Part shown: positions 50,022-61,899 of the stretch, in pieces
Layout of the letters: each line of letters begins with the position of its first letter
Numbering within the stretch: position 1 is the stretch's first letter
NCBI RefSeq assembly: GCF_030684315.1
Contig: NC_081363.1
Location: forward strand, 67,812,517 to 67,876,516
Direction of reading: 5' to 3'
DNA: 64,000 bases
Source: Stegostoma tigrinum
Lineage: Eukaryota
Notes under the pieces: model-generated
What the model was told of the DNA's origin: nothing
The model's input: only the letters and a program-made list of their open reading frames with translations
Database searches by the model: none
Translations under genes and position numbers: made by a program

Positions 50022-51326
50022 GTGGCCATGGGCACCCGCATGGGCCCCAGCTATGCCTGCCTCTTTGTAGGTTACGTGGAACAGTCCCTCTTCCGCACCT
50101 ACACAGGCCCCAAACCCCACCTCTTCCTCCTGTACATTGATGACTGTATCGGCGCCGCCTCTTGCTCCCCAGAGGAGCTCGAACAGTTCATCCACTTCAC
50201 CAACACCTTCCACCCCAACCTTCAGTTCACCTGGGCCATCTCCAGCACATCCCTCACCTTCCTGGACCTCTCAGTCTCCATCTCAGGCAACCAGCTTGTA
50301 ACTGATATCCATTTCAAGCCCACCGACTCCCACAGCTACCTAGAATACACCTCCTCCCACCCACCCTCCTGCAAAAATTCCATCCCCTATTCCCAATTCC
50401 GCCGCCTCCGCCGCATCTGCTCCCACGACAAGACATTCCACTCCCACACATCCCAGATGTCCAAGTTCTTCAAGGACCGCAACTTTCCCCCCACCGTGAT
50501 CGAGAACGCCCTTAACCGCGTCTCCCGCATTTCCTGCAACACATCCCTCACACCCCGCCCCCGCCACAACCGCCCAAAGATGATCCCCCTCGTTCTCACA
50601 CACCACCCCACCAACCTCCGGATACAACGCATCATCCTCCGACACTTCCGCCATCTACAATCCGACCCCACCACCCAAGACATTTTTCCATCCCCACCCC
50701 TGTCTGCTTTCCGGAGAGACCACTCTCTCCGTGACTCCCTTGTTCGCTCCACACTGCCCTCTAACCCCACCACACCCGGCACCTTCCCCTGCAACCGCAG
50801 GAAATGCTACACTTGCCCCCACACCTCCTCCCTCACCCCTATCCCAGGCCCCAAGATGACATTCCACATTAAGCAGATGTTCACCTGCACATCTGCCAAT
50901 GTGGTATATTGCATCCACTGTACCCGGTGTGACTTCCTCTACATTGGGGAAACCAAGCGGAGGCTTGGAGACCGCTTTGCAGAACACCTCCGCTCGGTTC
51001 GCAACAAACAACTGCACCTCCCAGTCGCAAACCATTTCCACTCCCCCTCCCATTCTTTAGATGACATGTCCATCATGGGCCTCCTGCAGTGCCACAATGA
51101 TGCCACCCGAAGGTTGCAGGAACAGCAACTCATATTCCGCCTGGGAACCCTGCAGCCATATGGTATCAATGTGGACTTCACCAGTTTCAAAATCTCCCCT
51201 TCCCCTACTGCATCCCTAAACCAGCCCAGTTCGTCCCCTCCCCCCACTGCACCACACAACCAGCCCAGCTCTTCCCCTCCACCCACTGCATCCCAAAACC
51301 AGTCCAACCTGTCTCTGCCTCCCTAA
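50022..51326 (+). CDS. Partial PLE polyprotein: RT C-terminal half, Cys linker and GIY-YIG endonuclease (5'-truncated; in-frame TAG at 50010 upstream)
   Basis: 434-aa ORF with AMGTRMGPSYA, YIDD, CNRRKCYTC and VVYCIHCTRC.FLYIGET; the Cys linker is characteristic of the Neptune group. Confidence 0.88.
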   Translation: MAMGTRMGPSYACLFVGYVEQSLFRTYTGPKPHLFLLYIDDCIGAASCSPEELEQFIHFTNTFHPNLQFTWAISSTSLTFLDLSVSISGNQLVTDIHFKPTDSHSYLEYTSSHPPSCKNSIPYSQFRRLRRICSHDKTFHSHTSQMSKFFKDRNFPPTVIENALNRVSRISCNTSLTPRPRHNRPKMIPLVLTHHPTNLRIQRIILRHFRHLQSDPTTQDIFPSPPLSAFRRDHSLRDSLVRSTLPSNPTTPGTFPCNRRKCYTCPHTSSLTPIPGPKMTFHIKQMFTCTSANVVYCIHCTRCDFLYIGETKRRLGDRFAEHLRSVRNKQLHLPVANHFHSPSHSLDDMSIMGLLQCHNDATRRLQEQQLIFRLGTLQPYGINVDFTSFKISPSPTASLNQPSSSPPPTAPHNQPSSSPPPTASQNQSNLSLPP

Positions 51327-52829
51327 CCTGTTCTTCCTCTCACCCATCCCTTCCTCCCACCCCAAGCCGCACCCCCATCTACCTACTAACCTCATCCCAC
51401 CTCCTTGACCTGTCCGTCTTCCCTGGACTGACCTATCCCCTCCCTACCTCCCCACCTATACTCTCTCCACCTATCTTCTTTTCTCTCCATCTTCGGTCTG
51501 CCTCCCCCTCTCTCCCTATTTATTCCAGAACCCTCACCCCATCCCCCTCTCTGATGAAGGGTCTAGGCCCGAAATGTCAGCTTTTGTGCTCCTGAGATGC
51601 TGCTTGGCCTGCTGTGTTCATCCAGCCTCACATTTTATTAACTTAGAATATTGTGTTCAGTTCTGGTCGCCTCATTATAGGGAGATGTGGCAGCTTTAGA
51701 GAGAGAGCGGAAGAAATTTAGCAGGATGCTGCCTGGCCTGGAGGGCAGGTCTAATTAGAAAAGTTTGTGGGAGCTAGGTCTTTTCTCATTGGAATGAAGA
51801 CAGATGAGAGTTGGCTTGATAGTGATGTAAAGATGATGAGAGGCATTAATAGAGTGGATAGTCAGAGACTTTTTCCCACAGCGGAAATGACTATTACAAG
51901 GGGGCGTAATTTAAAGGCGATTGAAGGAAGGTATAGAGGAGATGTCAGAGATAGCTTCTTTACACAGAGAGTGGTGGGTTCGTGGAATGCACGGTCAGCG
52001 GTTGTGTTGGAGCCAAATACAACAGAGACATTTAAGCGACTCTTGGATAGGCACGTGGAGGATAGTAAAATGTAGTGTACACAGGGTAGTTTGATCTTAG
52101 AGTCGGTTAATAGATCAGCACAACATCATGGGCCAAACGGCCTGTACTGTGCTGTGCTCTCCTGTGTTATATGTTCTATAAAAACATAGAACAAATTTAC
52201 AAAACTTGCTGAATGGATACATAAATTGCAAGTTAATTTGAATATGGTTGAAAATAAAGTGGCGCAGGCTGGTAGAAGGGTTCAGAAAGCTCTAAAATCA
52301 TTAGGGAGTAAGATTCCAACATTAACAAAACGGTTGGGAAGCAATAGTGTCGAACAAAAGCCTGAAAGAGTGGGTTTCCGACAGGTCTTCCTGATATCAG
52401 GGCCCCAGCTGGGAATTGTAGGGGAGGGAAAACCAATGACAGGGAGATTAGGGATGAGTAGGCCATTGATTTGTGAGCTCAGATTGGAGGAGGTCATAGA
52501 ATGCCGAAAGAAAATGCAGGTCTTTGGAGGTGACAGGGGACTAGGGGATGAGGACTTTGGAGAACATTGGGAAGGAATTTGATTGAGGTGTGGTGTTGTT
52601 AACATTTTTGCCATGGGAACTGGCGGGGTGATGTGTGTGGGGTAAACTCTGTACTCCCTCCCGACCCATAAACAGTGCTAGAAAAGAATCTGACAGTACC
52701 TGGCAGTTATTGTAACGTCCATATGGCTGCAGAGTTTTCTAATGCCTGGAAAGCTGTCAAACTCATGTCACAACAGAAGGAGAGGTCAAATCTGAGCTAC
52801 TGATAGCTTCAATTTCAGCATTCTGAGAT

Positions 52830-54160
52830 TTGAGGGTCAGGAAACCGTTGAAATATGAGCTCTGTCATTGTGAGAGCAATCAGAGCTGGGAATTCTTAAC
52901 TAAGTAACTCACTTTCTGACTTCCCAAAAACTGCCCACTATCTACAAATTATGACCCTGATGGAATATCCTGAACTCGACTGAATGAGTATCATTCCAAT
53001 GAGCTCCCTGATTCCCAATGACAATTTTACTTGGGTTCCATGGTATCACCCTTGGTCAAATGCTGCTTTGGCGGTACGGAAGTTACTTTGACCTCAACTC
53101 ATTGAAATTAAGTCCTTCTGTCTATATTCACTCCAAGCCTTTATTGAGATCTAGAGTTGAATGGTCTTAGTGGAACACACATGAGCATTGGTAAACAGTA
53201 GCTGCCTTTGGTAATGTTTGACAGTATCTTCCATCACTTTGCTGATAGGGAATTAACTGAGGGGACAGTAATTGATGAGGTTGACTTAATCCTTACATTG
53301 TAGACAGGACATACCCAGGTAATTTTTCATTTCATCAGGTGGATGTCTGTATCATAGCTGCACTGGAACAGTTTTTCTAGATTGAGGTACTGTCAGTTTT
53401 AGAGTTCAAATTTTCAACACTACAATTGGGATGTTGTCAGATCCCGTACTTTTTGCTGTATCTAATGTACTCAGGCACATCCAAATGTCTCATGAAGTTA
53501 TTATTTGACAGAAGATAGAGTTTCTTATGCTAAGTACTTCTGGGGGAGGCCAAACTGAATTACCATGCCTGACTGAAGACGACTGCAAATTCTTTAGTCA
53601 CATCTTGTGCACTCTCTTGCTGGACTTTTCCAGTGCTGAGCATAAAGTATAAATCGAGCCTCCTCCTTCCATTAGCTGTACAATTGCCTACGGTCTTCCA
53701 ACTGGATGTTCAGGACTGCACAGCTTCATTCTGATACATTGTCTTCAGAGTTTGTTAATTAGTTCTATCACATTCTACTTCCAGTATCTAATATCTGGAA
53801 ATCAGTAATATAGCTTCACCAGGTTGATTGTGTGCTTCTGCATCTGACCTGCTCTCCTCTTTGAACAATGGTTGAACTGTTCAAAAATGGTAGTGGTAGA
53901 GCTGAAGCATAACAGCTTGTGCCTGAATGCATTTCTGTTGCCACTTATACCCAGAGTGCTTCCTGAATGCTCATCTTTCAGCCGCCAGATCTGTTCTGTT
54001 TCTATCCTATTTAGCATAGTTGTGGTGCCGCACAACATGATGGAGGATGTCTGTATTGTGAAGATGGGACTTCATGTTCCATACAGAGCGGGTGATGGTG
54101 ATTTCTACTAATATCCTCATGGACAACTGCATCTTTGACAGGTAACTTGATGTGCAAAAG
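52830..54160. mobile_element. Decayed CR1/L2-group LINE pieces in both orientations
   Basis: 52870-53000 resembles 27760-27870 on the plus strand; 53030-54150 resembles upstream ORF2 of the same group on the minus strand. Confidence 0.45.
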
Positions 54161-54599
54161 GCTGACTAGAACAGCAAGCAATTCATTAACTTCTCTGTCA
54201 CTAATATAGAGAGCATTTGATCGGTTGCCTCTTGTATTTCCTTACCTTCTCCTAGTTCACTTAGGCCAAACATGTCCTGAAATGTAGCAAGGCACTTGCT
54301 TCTTTTTCTAGCGTGTATCCTCTGTCTCATCATGTGGTTGCTTAGCACATGTGACCTTTCTCCTCCCTTCTTCAATATTTTTTCACAAGACTGTTACCCC
54401 TCAGCTTCTTAGCACCTTAGATTAGACAATATTGCTAATGGTTCTTTGGTGTGTCATCATCATCGAACTGCTCAAACTACCTACCTTGACCTCAAGGTCC
54501 CTCCAAATACGGGCCATCTCCAATGTCCTTCTTTGGGACCTCCCAAACTAGTCTCCAACCTTTTTGCAACTCAGGTGGACTGGAAAAGCCCTGGGGAAA

Positions 54600-55325
54600 A
54601 TTAATGCACAGAGATATCTGAGCGCTCATATCCACAGTACCCTGAAGGTGGCAATGCAGGTCGATTGAGTGGTCAAGAAGGCGTACGGCATGCTTTCGTT
54701 CATCAGACAGGGCATTGAGTACAAGAGTTGGCAGGTCATGTTACAGTTGTATAGGACTTTGGTTCAACCACATTTGGAATACGATGTACAGTTCTTGTCC
54801 CCACATTACCAAAAGGATGTGGACGCTTTGGAGAGGGTGCAGAGGAGGCTCACCAGAATGTTGCCTGGTATGGAGGGCGCTAGCTATGAGGAGACGTTGA
54901 GTAGATTAGGATTATTTACATTAGAAAGATGGAGGTTGAGGGTTGACCTCATTGAGGTGTACAAAATCATGAGAGGTATAGACAGGGTGGATAGCAAGAA
55001 GCTTTTTCCCAGAGTGGGGTCTCAAATACTAGGGGTCACAATGTCAAGGTGAGAGGGGGAAAGTTTAGGAGAGATATGTGTGGAAAGTTCTTTACACAGA
55101 GGGTGGTGGGTGCCTAGATTGCATTGCCAGCGGAGGTGGTTAAGGCGGGCACGAAAGCGTAATTTAAGATATATGTGGACAGATACATGAATAGGCAAGG
55201 AGCAGAGGGATATAGATCCTTGGACAATAAGCAACAGATTTAAATAGACGATCTGGACTGGCACAAGTTTGTAGGGCCAAAGGACCTGTTCCTGTGCTGT
55301 AATTTTCTTTGTTCTTTGTTCTTAT
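54600..55325 (+). mobile_element. CR1 3' fragment
   Basis: ORF 54669-55052 reads VKKAYGMLSFI...LYRTLVQPHLEY...DLIEVYKIMRGIDRVD; tail (TTTGTTC)n. Confidence 0.92.
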
Positions 55326-55659
55326 GGATTGGTATTGACCTGGGCACTCCAGCTGAAATTTAGAATGAGGCCCACCTTCCCACTGAAAGGCACTCCTGAA
55401 CTGGTTCAATATTAACTTGCTTCAGCAAGGTGGATCCTGAGCTCTGCAACCTGGAGGGAAAAAGTACCATTGGGATCTTCTGTTGGCCACAAGCTGTGCC
55501 AGGGTAAACCTGAGAGACTTGCCATGCAGTGTGACTATCCCTGCCACCAGCAAAGCTCCTACTAGAGTGTGTTGGCTAGAAGCATGATGCCCTCTGTCAG
55601 ATGTTACACCCTCCTCCCCAACCCTTATGTCAGCCTCCATATGTGAACCATCCAATCAG

Positions 55660-55800
55660 TCCCTATACCTACTGTGGTACTGAAATTGTTCTTTCAAAAG
55701 CCGATAAGAACGTCCTACGTGACTATAGCCATGTTTCACTAGTATTTATCATCTTTCTCCATTTGCTTGCAGTCTTTGACATAGTAGCACTGATTGATAT
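55660..55800 (+). mobile_element. L2-type RT fragment
   Basis: ORF 55601-55870 reads GTEIVLSKADKNVL...IIFLHLLAVFDIV, resembling the L2 motif STETALxKVxNDIL...LLDLSAAFDTV. Confidence 0.6.
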
Positions 55801-56199
55801 TGGCCGTCAATCTTCATCACCATTATTCCTCAATTTGTCAAGAACAAGCTTCTTGATGGTTGTGATTTGATCCGCGGGATGGACAGAACACTCTTCAACT
55901 TCAACAACTTGAAATTCCAGAGAAAATGACTCCAACCTACCTGTGGAACTTCAGTACGTGGATCACAATGTCATCTGTGCTCTCTTGCAACGAAATGTTC
56001 AACCAGCACTTATTGCCTTGGCAGAAGCATACTGAAGGGTTGGTCTCAGTCCCAACCTTGGGAAGATCAAATCCTCTATCAACCCATCCCAGGGCAAGTT
56101 GTGGTTCATCGGCCATTAAGATCAATGGAGAAATTGCTCCAAACAGTAACATTTCTCCTGCCTGGAAAGCTTTCTCTCACTTAAGGCTGAGAATATAAC

Positions 56200-56720
56200 A
56201 GAATACAATAGAATAAAATAGAATAGAATAGAAATTTATTGGCACTTGTATTTATGAAAATACAGTAAGATGTGTATGAGTCACCAAAATTATTTGGCAC
56301 AATTTTAATTATATAAATTATTAAATGGAACAATTGAGACAAATTTCGGACAAAGTTAATCTTTTCTTCCCTTCACAGTGACCTGGTGTGGCAATGGGAG
56401 AGCACCATTGCAGCCGCCCCAAGGCTGCCAAAGCAAGAATTTCCAAACCAGACCCACCACGTTGCCACGACTGAAGCTGGCAAGGAAGCCACTGCATTGC
56501 TGCCATAGCAAGGAGCGGCCAGACTGGACGCACCAAGACCCCAAGGCTTAAGCTCTTGCCAATTCAGTCACCGCCTAGAGCTATCACGTTGCTGCCGCAG
56601 CCATGAGGAACTGAATGGAATCACCATGCTGCCACCGCTATGGCCGGTGCTAAAACTGCTGGCAGGAGGAACAGACCGGAACCACTGATGATGAAGCCTT
56701 CAATAAAGCCACAGCCACTT
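56200..56720 (-). mobile_element. Non-autonomous element with Rex1-like tail, GC-rich body and (TTCTA)n end
   Basis: (AATAG)n AAATTTATTGGCACTTGTA...TACAGTAAGA resembles the reversed Rex1 terminus. Confidence 0.4.
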
Positions 56721-56740
56721 TCCCACAAGGATCCCCCTCA

Positions 56741-57760
56741 AGTGCTACCTTTGAATGCCTAAGAATGAGAGTCTTTGTTGACCATACTATCTGCTCTGAT
56801 ACCAAGTTCTTGTGTATAACACAGTCATCCGCATGACTCTTCTATATGGCTCCGAAGCATAGAGTATGAATAGTTGAAACCATAACACACTTAAGAAGTA
56901 CCATCAATGCTGTTTAAGACAGATTCTCTGCATCAGCTGGGCAGATAGGTATACTGACATCAACGCCCATGAAACACCTAATAAGAATAGGCACTCCATC
57001 TGGGCAGCACGGTGGCTCAGTGGTTAGCACTGCAGCCTTACAGTGCCAGGGACCTGGGTTCGATTCCAGCCTCGGGCGACTGTCTGTGTGGAGTTTGCAC
57101 ATTCTCCCCGTGTCTGCGTGGGTTTCCTCCCACAGTCCAAAGATGTGCAGGCTAGGTGGAGTGGCCATGCTAAATTGCCCATAGTGCTCAGGGGTGTGTG
57201 TGGGTTATAGGGGGATGGTTCTGGCTGGGACACTTCAAAGGGTGGTGTGGACTTGTTGGGCCAAAGGGCCTGTTTCCACACTGTAGGGAATCGAATCTAA
57301 TCTAATCTAATAGCACTAGCATCGAGGCCACAAACATTCAAATTCAGCTCTGCTGGGTCGGTCATGCACTTAGAATGTCTGAGTTCCAACTGCTAGAGCA
57401 ATCATTTTCTCCCGGCTCAAGGAAAGTGCTTGAACAAGACGAGCACAAAGGATGCATTTCAAAGACGCCCTGAAGACCCCCCTTAAGAAATACAACATAG
57501 ATGTCAACATATGGGAGACCCTCAATCAGGAGAAACCATCTCGTGTGAAGGGACACAATTCTTCAAGAACATCTGTCCGCAAGAGGAAATAAGATAAAGG
57601 AACTGGGGAAAGGAATCACATGATTTCAATGCCAAGGACTGACTCCAGCTCCCAGAAATACCTGTGAAATTTGTGATCAGAGATGCTGCTCCAGCATTGG
57701 GCTCATCAGCCATGCAAGGAAGCCATGATCAGTGATACAGAATCTCCGAAGTGGACAATT
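56741..57760 (+). mobile_element. RTE-clade LINE 3' fragment interrupted by a SINE
   Basis: Translates to TLLYGSEA, YHQCCLRQILCISWADR, GHALRM, HFKDALKTPLKKYNID...WETL. Confidence 0.8.
57002..57310 (+). mobile_element. V-SINE (HE1-like)
   Basis: A-box GGTGGCTCAGTGG, B-box GGTTCGATTCC, V-domain with a short internal deletion, (TCTAA)n tail. Confidence 0.92.
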
Positions 57761-57994
57761 ATGCTCTTTAGTGAGGAAATGCTGACAATATCATGTGTAT
57801 CCATGTGTAATATTTTAAAATGCAGATATAATAACATGCAGTCAATAAAGATATTATGTCTCCTGTGATTGGTCAGGTGGAGACTTTGAGCATGGTCCAA
57901 TTCCCAATTTCACACATCATCACAAGGCATAAGAGGACAGTGAGCACAGTTGTGCTTGATATAGTAATCACAGTCAGAATCCTGTGCCTCCCTA

Positions 57995-59230
57995 TAAGAA
58001 CACAGGAAATCCAAAATAGGAGGAGGGGTAGGCCAATTGGCCTCTCTTGCTTGCCCCACTATCCAACAAGACCATGGCTGATTTGTCACATGCCTCAGTT
58101 CCTCTTTTATCCAAACTGGTATAAAACTCCCCAGAATTTCAGAAAACAATCTGCCTCCTCTTTAAATAATTCTGGTGATCTAGCCTTTGCAAGTCTCTGG
58201 GTAGAACTTTCCAGAAAGTCACTACGCAGTTGGAGAAAAAGTTCCTTTGCAGCTCAGTTTTAAATGAGTGCTGCCGTCTTCTCTAACTATATCCCCAGTT
58301 CAAATTTCCCTTGCATCCAGAAGCATCATCTTAACCTACTTTATCGAGCCCCCTCAGAATCTTGTATGCTTCAATTAGATTATCCGTCATTCTTCTGAAC
58401 TCTAATGAATAAAGACCTAGCCTGTTTTCCGGTTCCTGAAACTCTACCATCCCAGATATCCCAGTCTGTTCTGAATAGATTCCAATGATAGCATATCCTT
58501 TCTTAAATGGAGGGATCAAACCTGCACACAATTCTCCAATTGCAGCCTCACCAATGCCTTGAAAGGCTGTAACAAGACTTCTCTATTTTAAACTCCAATC
58601 CCTGAACAATAAAGTTCCATTTGCCTTCTTAATAGCCTGCATGTTAACGTCTGGTGTTCCATGCACAAGAACACGCAGACCTCTCTGTGTTGTGCATTTA
58701 TTTGGTGTCCCTCTCCATTTAAATTGTAGTCTGCCTTTTGATGCTTCCATCAGTAAGCTTCAAATTTCAAGTTTTTGCCACTCACTCAACTTATCCATAT
58801 CACTTTGCAGATCCTTATATCCTCACTGCAACGTGCCCTCCTAACTATTTATGCATTAACAGCAAATTTGGATAAATTACAATCTGACCGTCCTGCAAGT
58901 AATTAATACAGATAGTAAATAATTGAGGTTCTGGGGCTGGTCCTAAGGGTTCTCCAGTAGTTATAACCTGAAAAAGTCCCATTATACCTGACTGTCTGTC
59001 TTCTGTTGTTTACCAATCCTCAACCCATTTTAATACAATACCATCGATACCATGAGCTTCTGTTTTGTGCAAAAACCTTGAATGTGACACATAATTGAAT
59101 GCTTTTTGGAATTGCAAATGCACTACATCTATCAGTTTCCCTTTTTCAAGCTTGCTAGTTATATCCTTAAAGAATGCCAACACATTTGTCATTCATGATT
59201 ATTCTTTCACAATACCACATTGACAGTGCA
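57995..59230 (-). mobile_element. Old CR1 LINE fragment
   Basis: ORFs 59010-59192 (FQKAFNYVSH...LKWVEDW) and 58331-58531 (LGLYSLEFRRM..NLIEAYKILRGLDKV). Confidence 0.82.
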
Positions 59231-60192
59231 AATGCATTTAATCAGGCAGAAGGATGGCAGTTGTGGATCTGAACACATTCCCATTATCTCCCTCAAATAT
59301 CAAGATGTGGACTGCATTCATGGGTGGTCTTCCCATCCATCTGTCAACTGAGGCCTGGGGATGTTTTTTGTAATGTCCTGAGATAGGAAGTAGTGGGTTT
59401 CCCTCATTCAAAACACGCAATGTCTGATTGAGAAATTTAGCATCGGAAGGAGAGGCATACTGAGAGTTACCTCCTGCCCTTGCTGCTGTCTATCACCATT
59501 CCAAACTACCCCATCCTCTCACAAGCCTCACCCAATGACCTGCTTCCCAATACCATTCAATTCTAGCATGGGGCTTCCAGGGACAATCCTAGGCATCAGA
59601 TGGATGTTGTTCAGGAGTGACCACCTCATCTCCAGTTGACGCTGCCATTTAACAGAGCTGGCACAAATTGGTTGGTAGCTTTTGTTGGGCAGGACCTCTG
59701 CCTCTAGGATCCTTGATCTCCAGGGAGGGCGCTCTGCACAAATGTCTGAGTGGATATTCCTGCTCTCTCTTTGGCAGCTAAGACACTCAACACCTCCATA
59801 AGAACTTGCTTCTCGTGTAAAAGTGAGATTGTTTATTAAATGCTGGTATAGAAGATCATTGTCTGGCTTTAGAACTAAAACAATACGAGGAAATTGTGAT
59901 TTAGGCATAATTACATTCATGTCAATCAAATTTAATAATCTTTAGCCACAACTTTGAAGATTTCTCAGTTTGTCAGTCCCATATTATAGATTTTGAAACG
60001 ATCAATGTGGAATTCTTCCATAACAATCGTATACTGGCATTGATAGATTGCAGCAAACATACATACAACAGTGCTTAAAGCTACTTTCAACAATACCTGA
60101 AAATGTTCCTACAAACAGTTTAATGGCTAAAAAAGAAAACCACAATTCATTGTTGGTATATAATTAGCAAGGGGAGTCAATTAGCAAATAAA

Positions 60193-60715
60193 GGGGAGGC
60201 AATGGCCTAGTGCTATTATTGCTGGACTGTCAATCCAGGGACCCTGATAACATTCTTGGGGGGAGATAATAGGAACTGCAGATGCTGGAGAATCCGAGAT
60301 AACAAGGTGTGGAGTTGGATGAACATATTTCAGGCCCCGAAACATCAGCTTTCCTGCTCCTAAGATGCTGCTTGGCCTGCTGTATTCATCCAACTCCACA
60401 CCTTGTTATCTAAAATTCTGGGGGCCCAGGTTCGAATCCCACCACAGCAGATGGTGGAAATTGAATTCAATAATTGACAAAAAATCTGGAATTGAGAATC
60501 TAATGATGACCATGAACTGATTGTTGCAAAAACCCACTTGGTTCACTAATGTCCTTTAGGGAAGGAAACTGCCATCCTTACCTGATCTGGCCTACATATA
60601 AATCCAGACATGCAGCAATGTGATTGACTCTTAACTGCCCTCTGGGCAATTAATGGGCATAAATACTGCCTAGCCAGTGACTCCCTCATCCTGTGAATGA
60701 ATAAAGAAAAAAAAA
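60193..60715 (+). mobile_element. tRNA-derived SINE with LINE-type tail, interrupted by a PLE hairpin
   Basis: A-box TGGCCTAGTG, B-box GGTTCGAATCC (60429), tail GGGCATAAATACTGCCTAGCCAG..CATCCTGTGAATGAATAAAG then poly-A. Confidence 0.82.
60263..60410. mobile_element. Asymmetric palindromic PLE mini-element
   Basis: Short tail-bearing minus arm (60263-60325); the plus arm starts within hammerhead stem II (GGCCCCGAAACATCAG); imperfect TSD ATTCT(T)GGGGG. Confidence 0.85.
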
Positions 60716-61899
60716 ATTAGGAAGAATGCAATAATGATGAAATGCAGTGAGATACCTGAAAGTTCCCTCAACTATATTGCATTGTTATGGACACTGCCCA
60801 ACCTGTTTAGAGATGTTATTACATATTCCTGGAACATGTGGGATGTGAACCTGGGCTTCTTACTTCATAGGTAGAGAAACTACCATTGCACGTCAAGAGC
60901 CCTCAATTTTTTTTCCCCTATATGTACCGGCCTCATGCAGATTTTCTTCATTCCTTTTGCAGTTCAGTCAGTATCAGACATGGAGGGGTAAAATAATAAT
61001 GAAGTGGCTATATTCAAAAGCCCCAGATGTGCAGAAATTACTTCCTTGGTTTCTTCCTTTCTTGTCTTCAGTCTAGAAATTCTTGAGTTACTTACAAGTT
61101 GTAAATCTCTGGTGAAAGAAATGGGCATTGTTCATTGGAGAACACAGAAGAAAAGTGCCTTTGAACCCCACTGGTATATAGCACCATGATCTTAAGTGAC
61201 CACAAAATCATAACTTTAAAGTATGAGCAAAATCAACCATATAGTTGTCAAAGTTAGTGGTCACATTTATTTACTTTTTAAAATCTCACATCAAAAGGCT
61301 TTGAGGAACTTTCATGCAAACTAGATACCAACAGTTCAAGAATATGTCTGGCCTATATCACACTGGGATGATGAACTGTCTGTTTATAACATTACCTTTC
61401 AGTGAACTTGACAACTTGTGTTAACACGTTATTATCCAAAGCAAATTTTAAAAACAAGCACAACGGATTATTACTGTGCAAAGTAAAATACGGTATCAAA
61501 ATATTCATTGACCAAAACAATGAGAAGAAGGAAGTAAACAAGAGGAAACCATCATAATTAATATACATTTAAATAAAGAAAAATTGAATTAATTTTTTGA
61601 TGTTTCTAATTTAAATCTTGATGATAATATTTGTATACTTGAATGAAATCAATTGAAGTTTGTTATCTTGTTGCTTTATTTAAAACTAATAAATAGCTTC
61701 AGCAAATTGTCGCCTCATAGCCTTCTCAAGTTCTTCCTTAGTCATCTCCAAGGCAACACGACTCTTTACTTGCTCTATATTCTTTTTCCTTATTCACAGG
61801 ATTTGGGTATTGCAGCGAAGGGCAGAATTTATTGGACTCCCCTAATTACCCTTGAAGAACAAGCTTGAAGAACCACTGCAGTCCATGATGTGAATGGAC

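Larger units (their letters stand above)
48799..51640. mobile_element. Penelope-like element with inverted architecture (minus arm 48799-49850, plus arm 49851-51640)
   Basis: About 1 kb of inverted repeat; only the left arm has the 33-nt tail; 14-bp TSD ACTTAGAATATTGT at 48785-48798 and 51641-51654. Confidence 0.95.
47878..52180 (+). mobile_element. CR1 LINE (RT to 3' end) interrupted by an inverted PLE
   Basis: ORF 47878-48204 (SCLTSLIEFFE...DFSKAFDKVPH) and 48394-48798 (KFADGTK...RPHLEYC); resumes at 51641 with QFWSPHY; tail ~52175. Confidence 0.92.

Noticed and set aside
57002-57075. tRNA-like sequence with A and B boxes
   Set aside because: It is the head of a V-SINE and continues into the V-domain and LINE-type tail; not a tRNA gene
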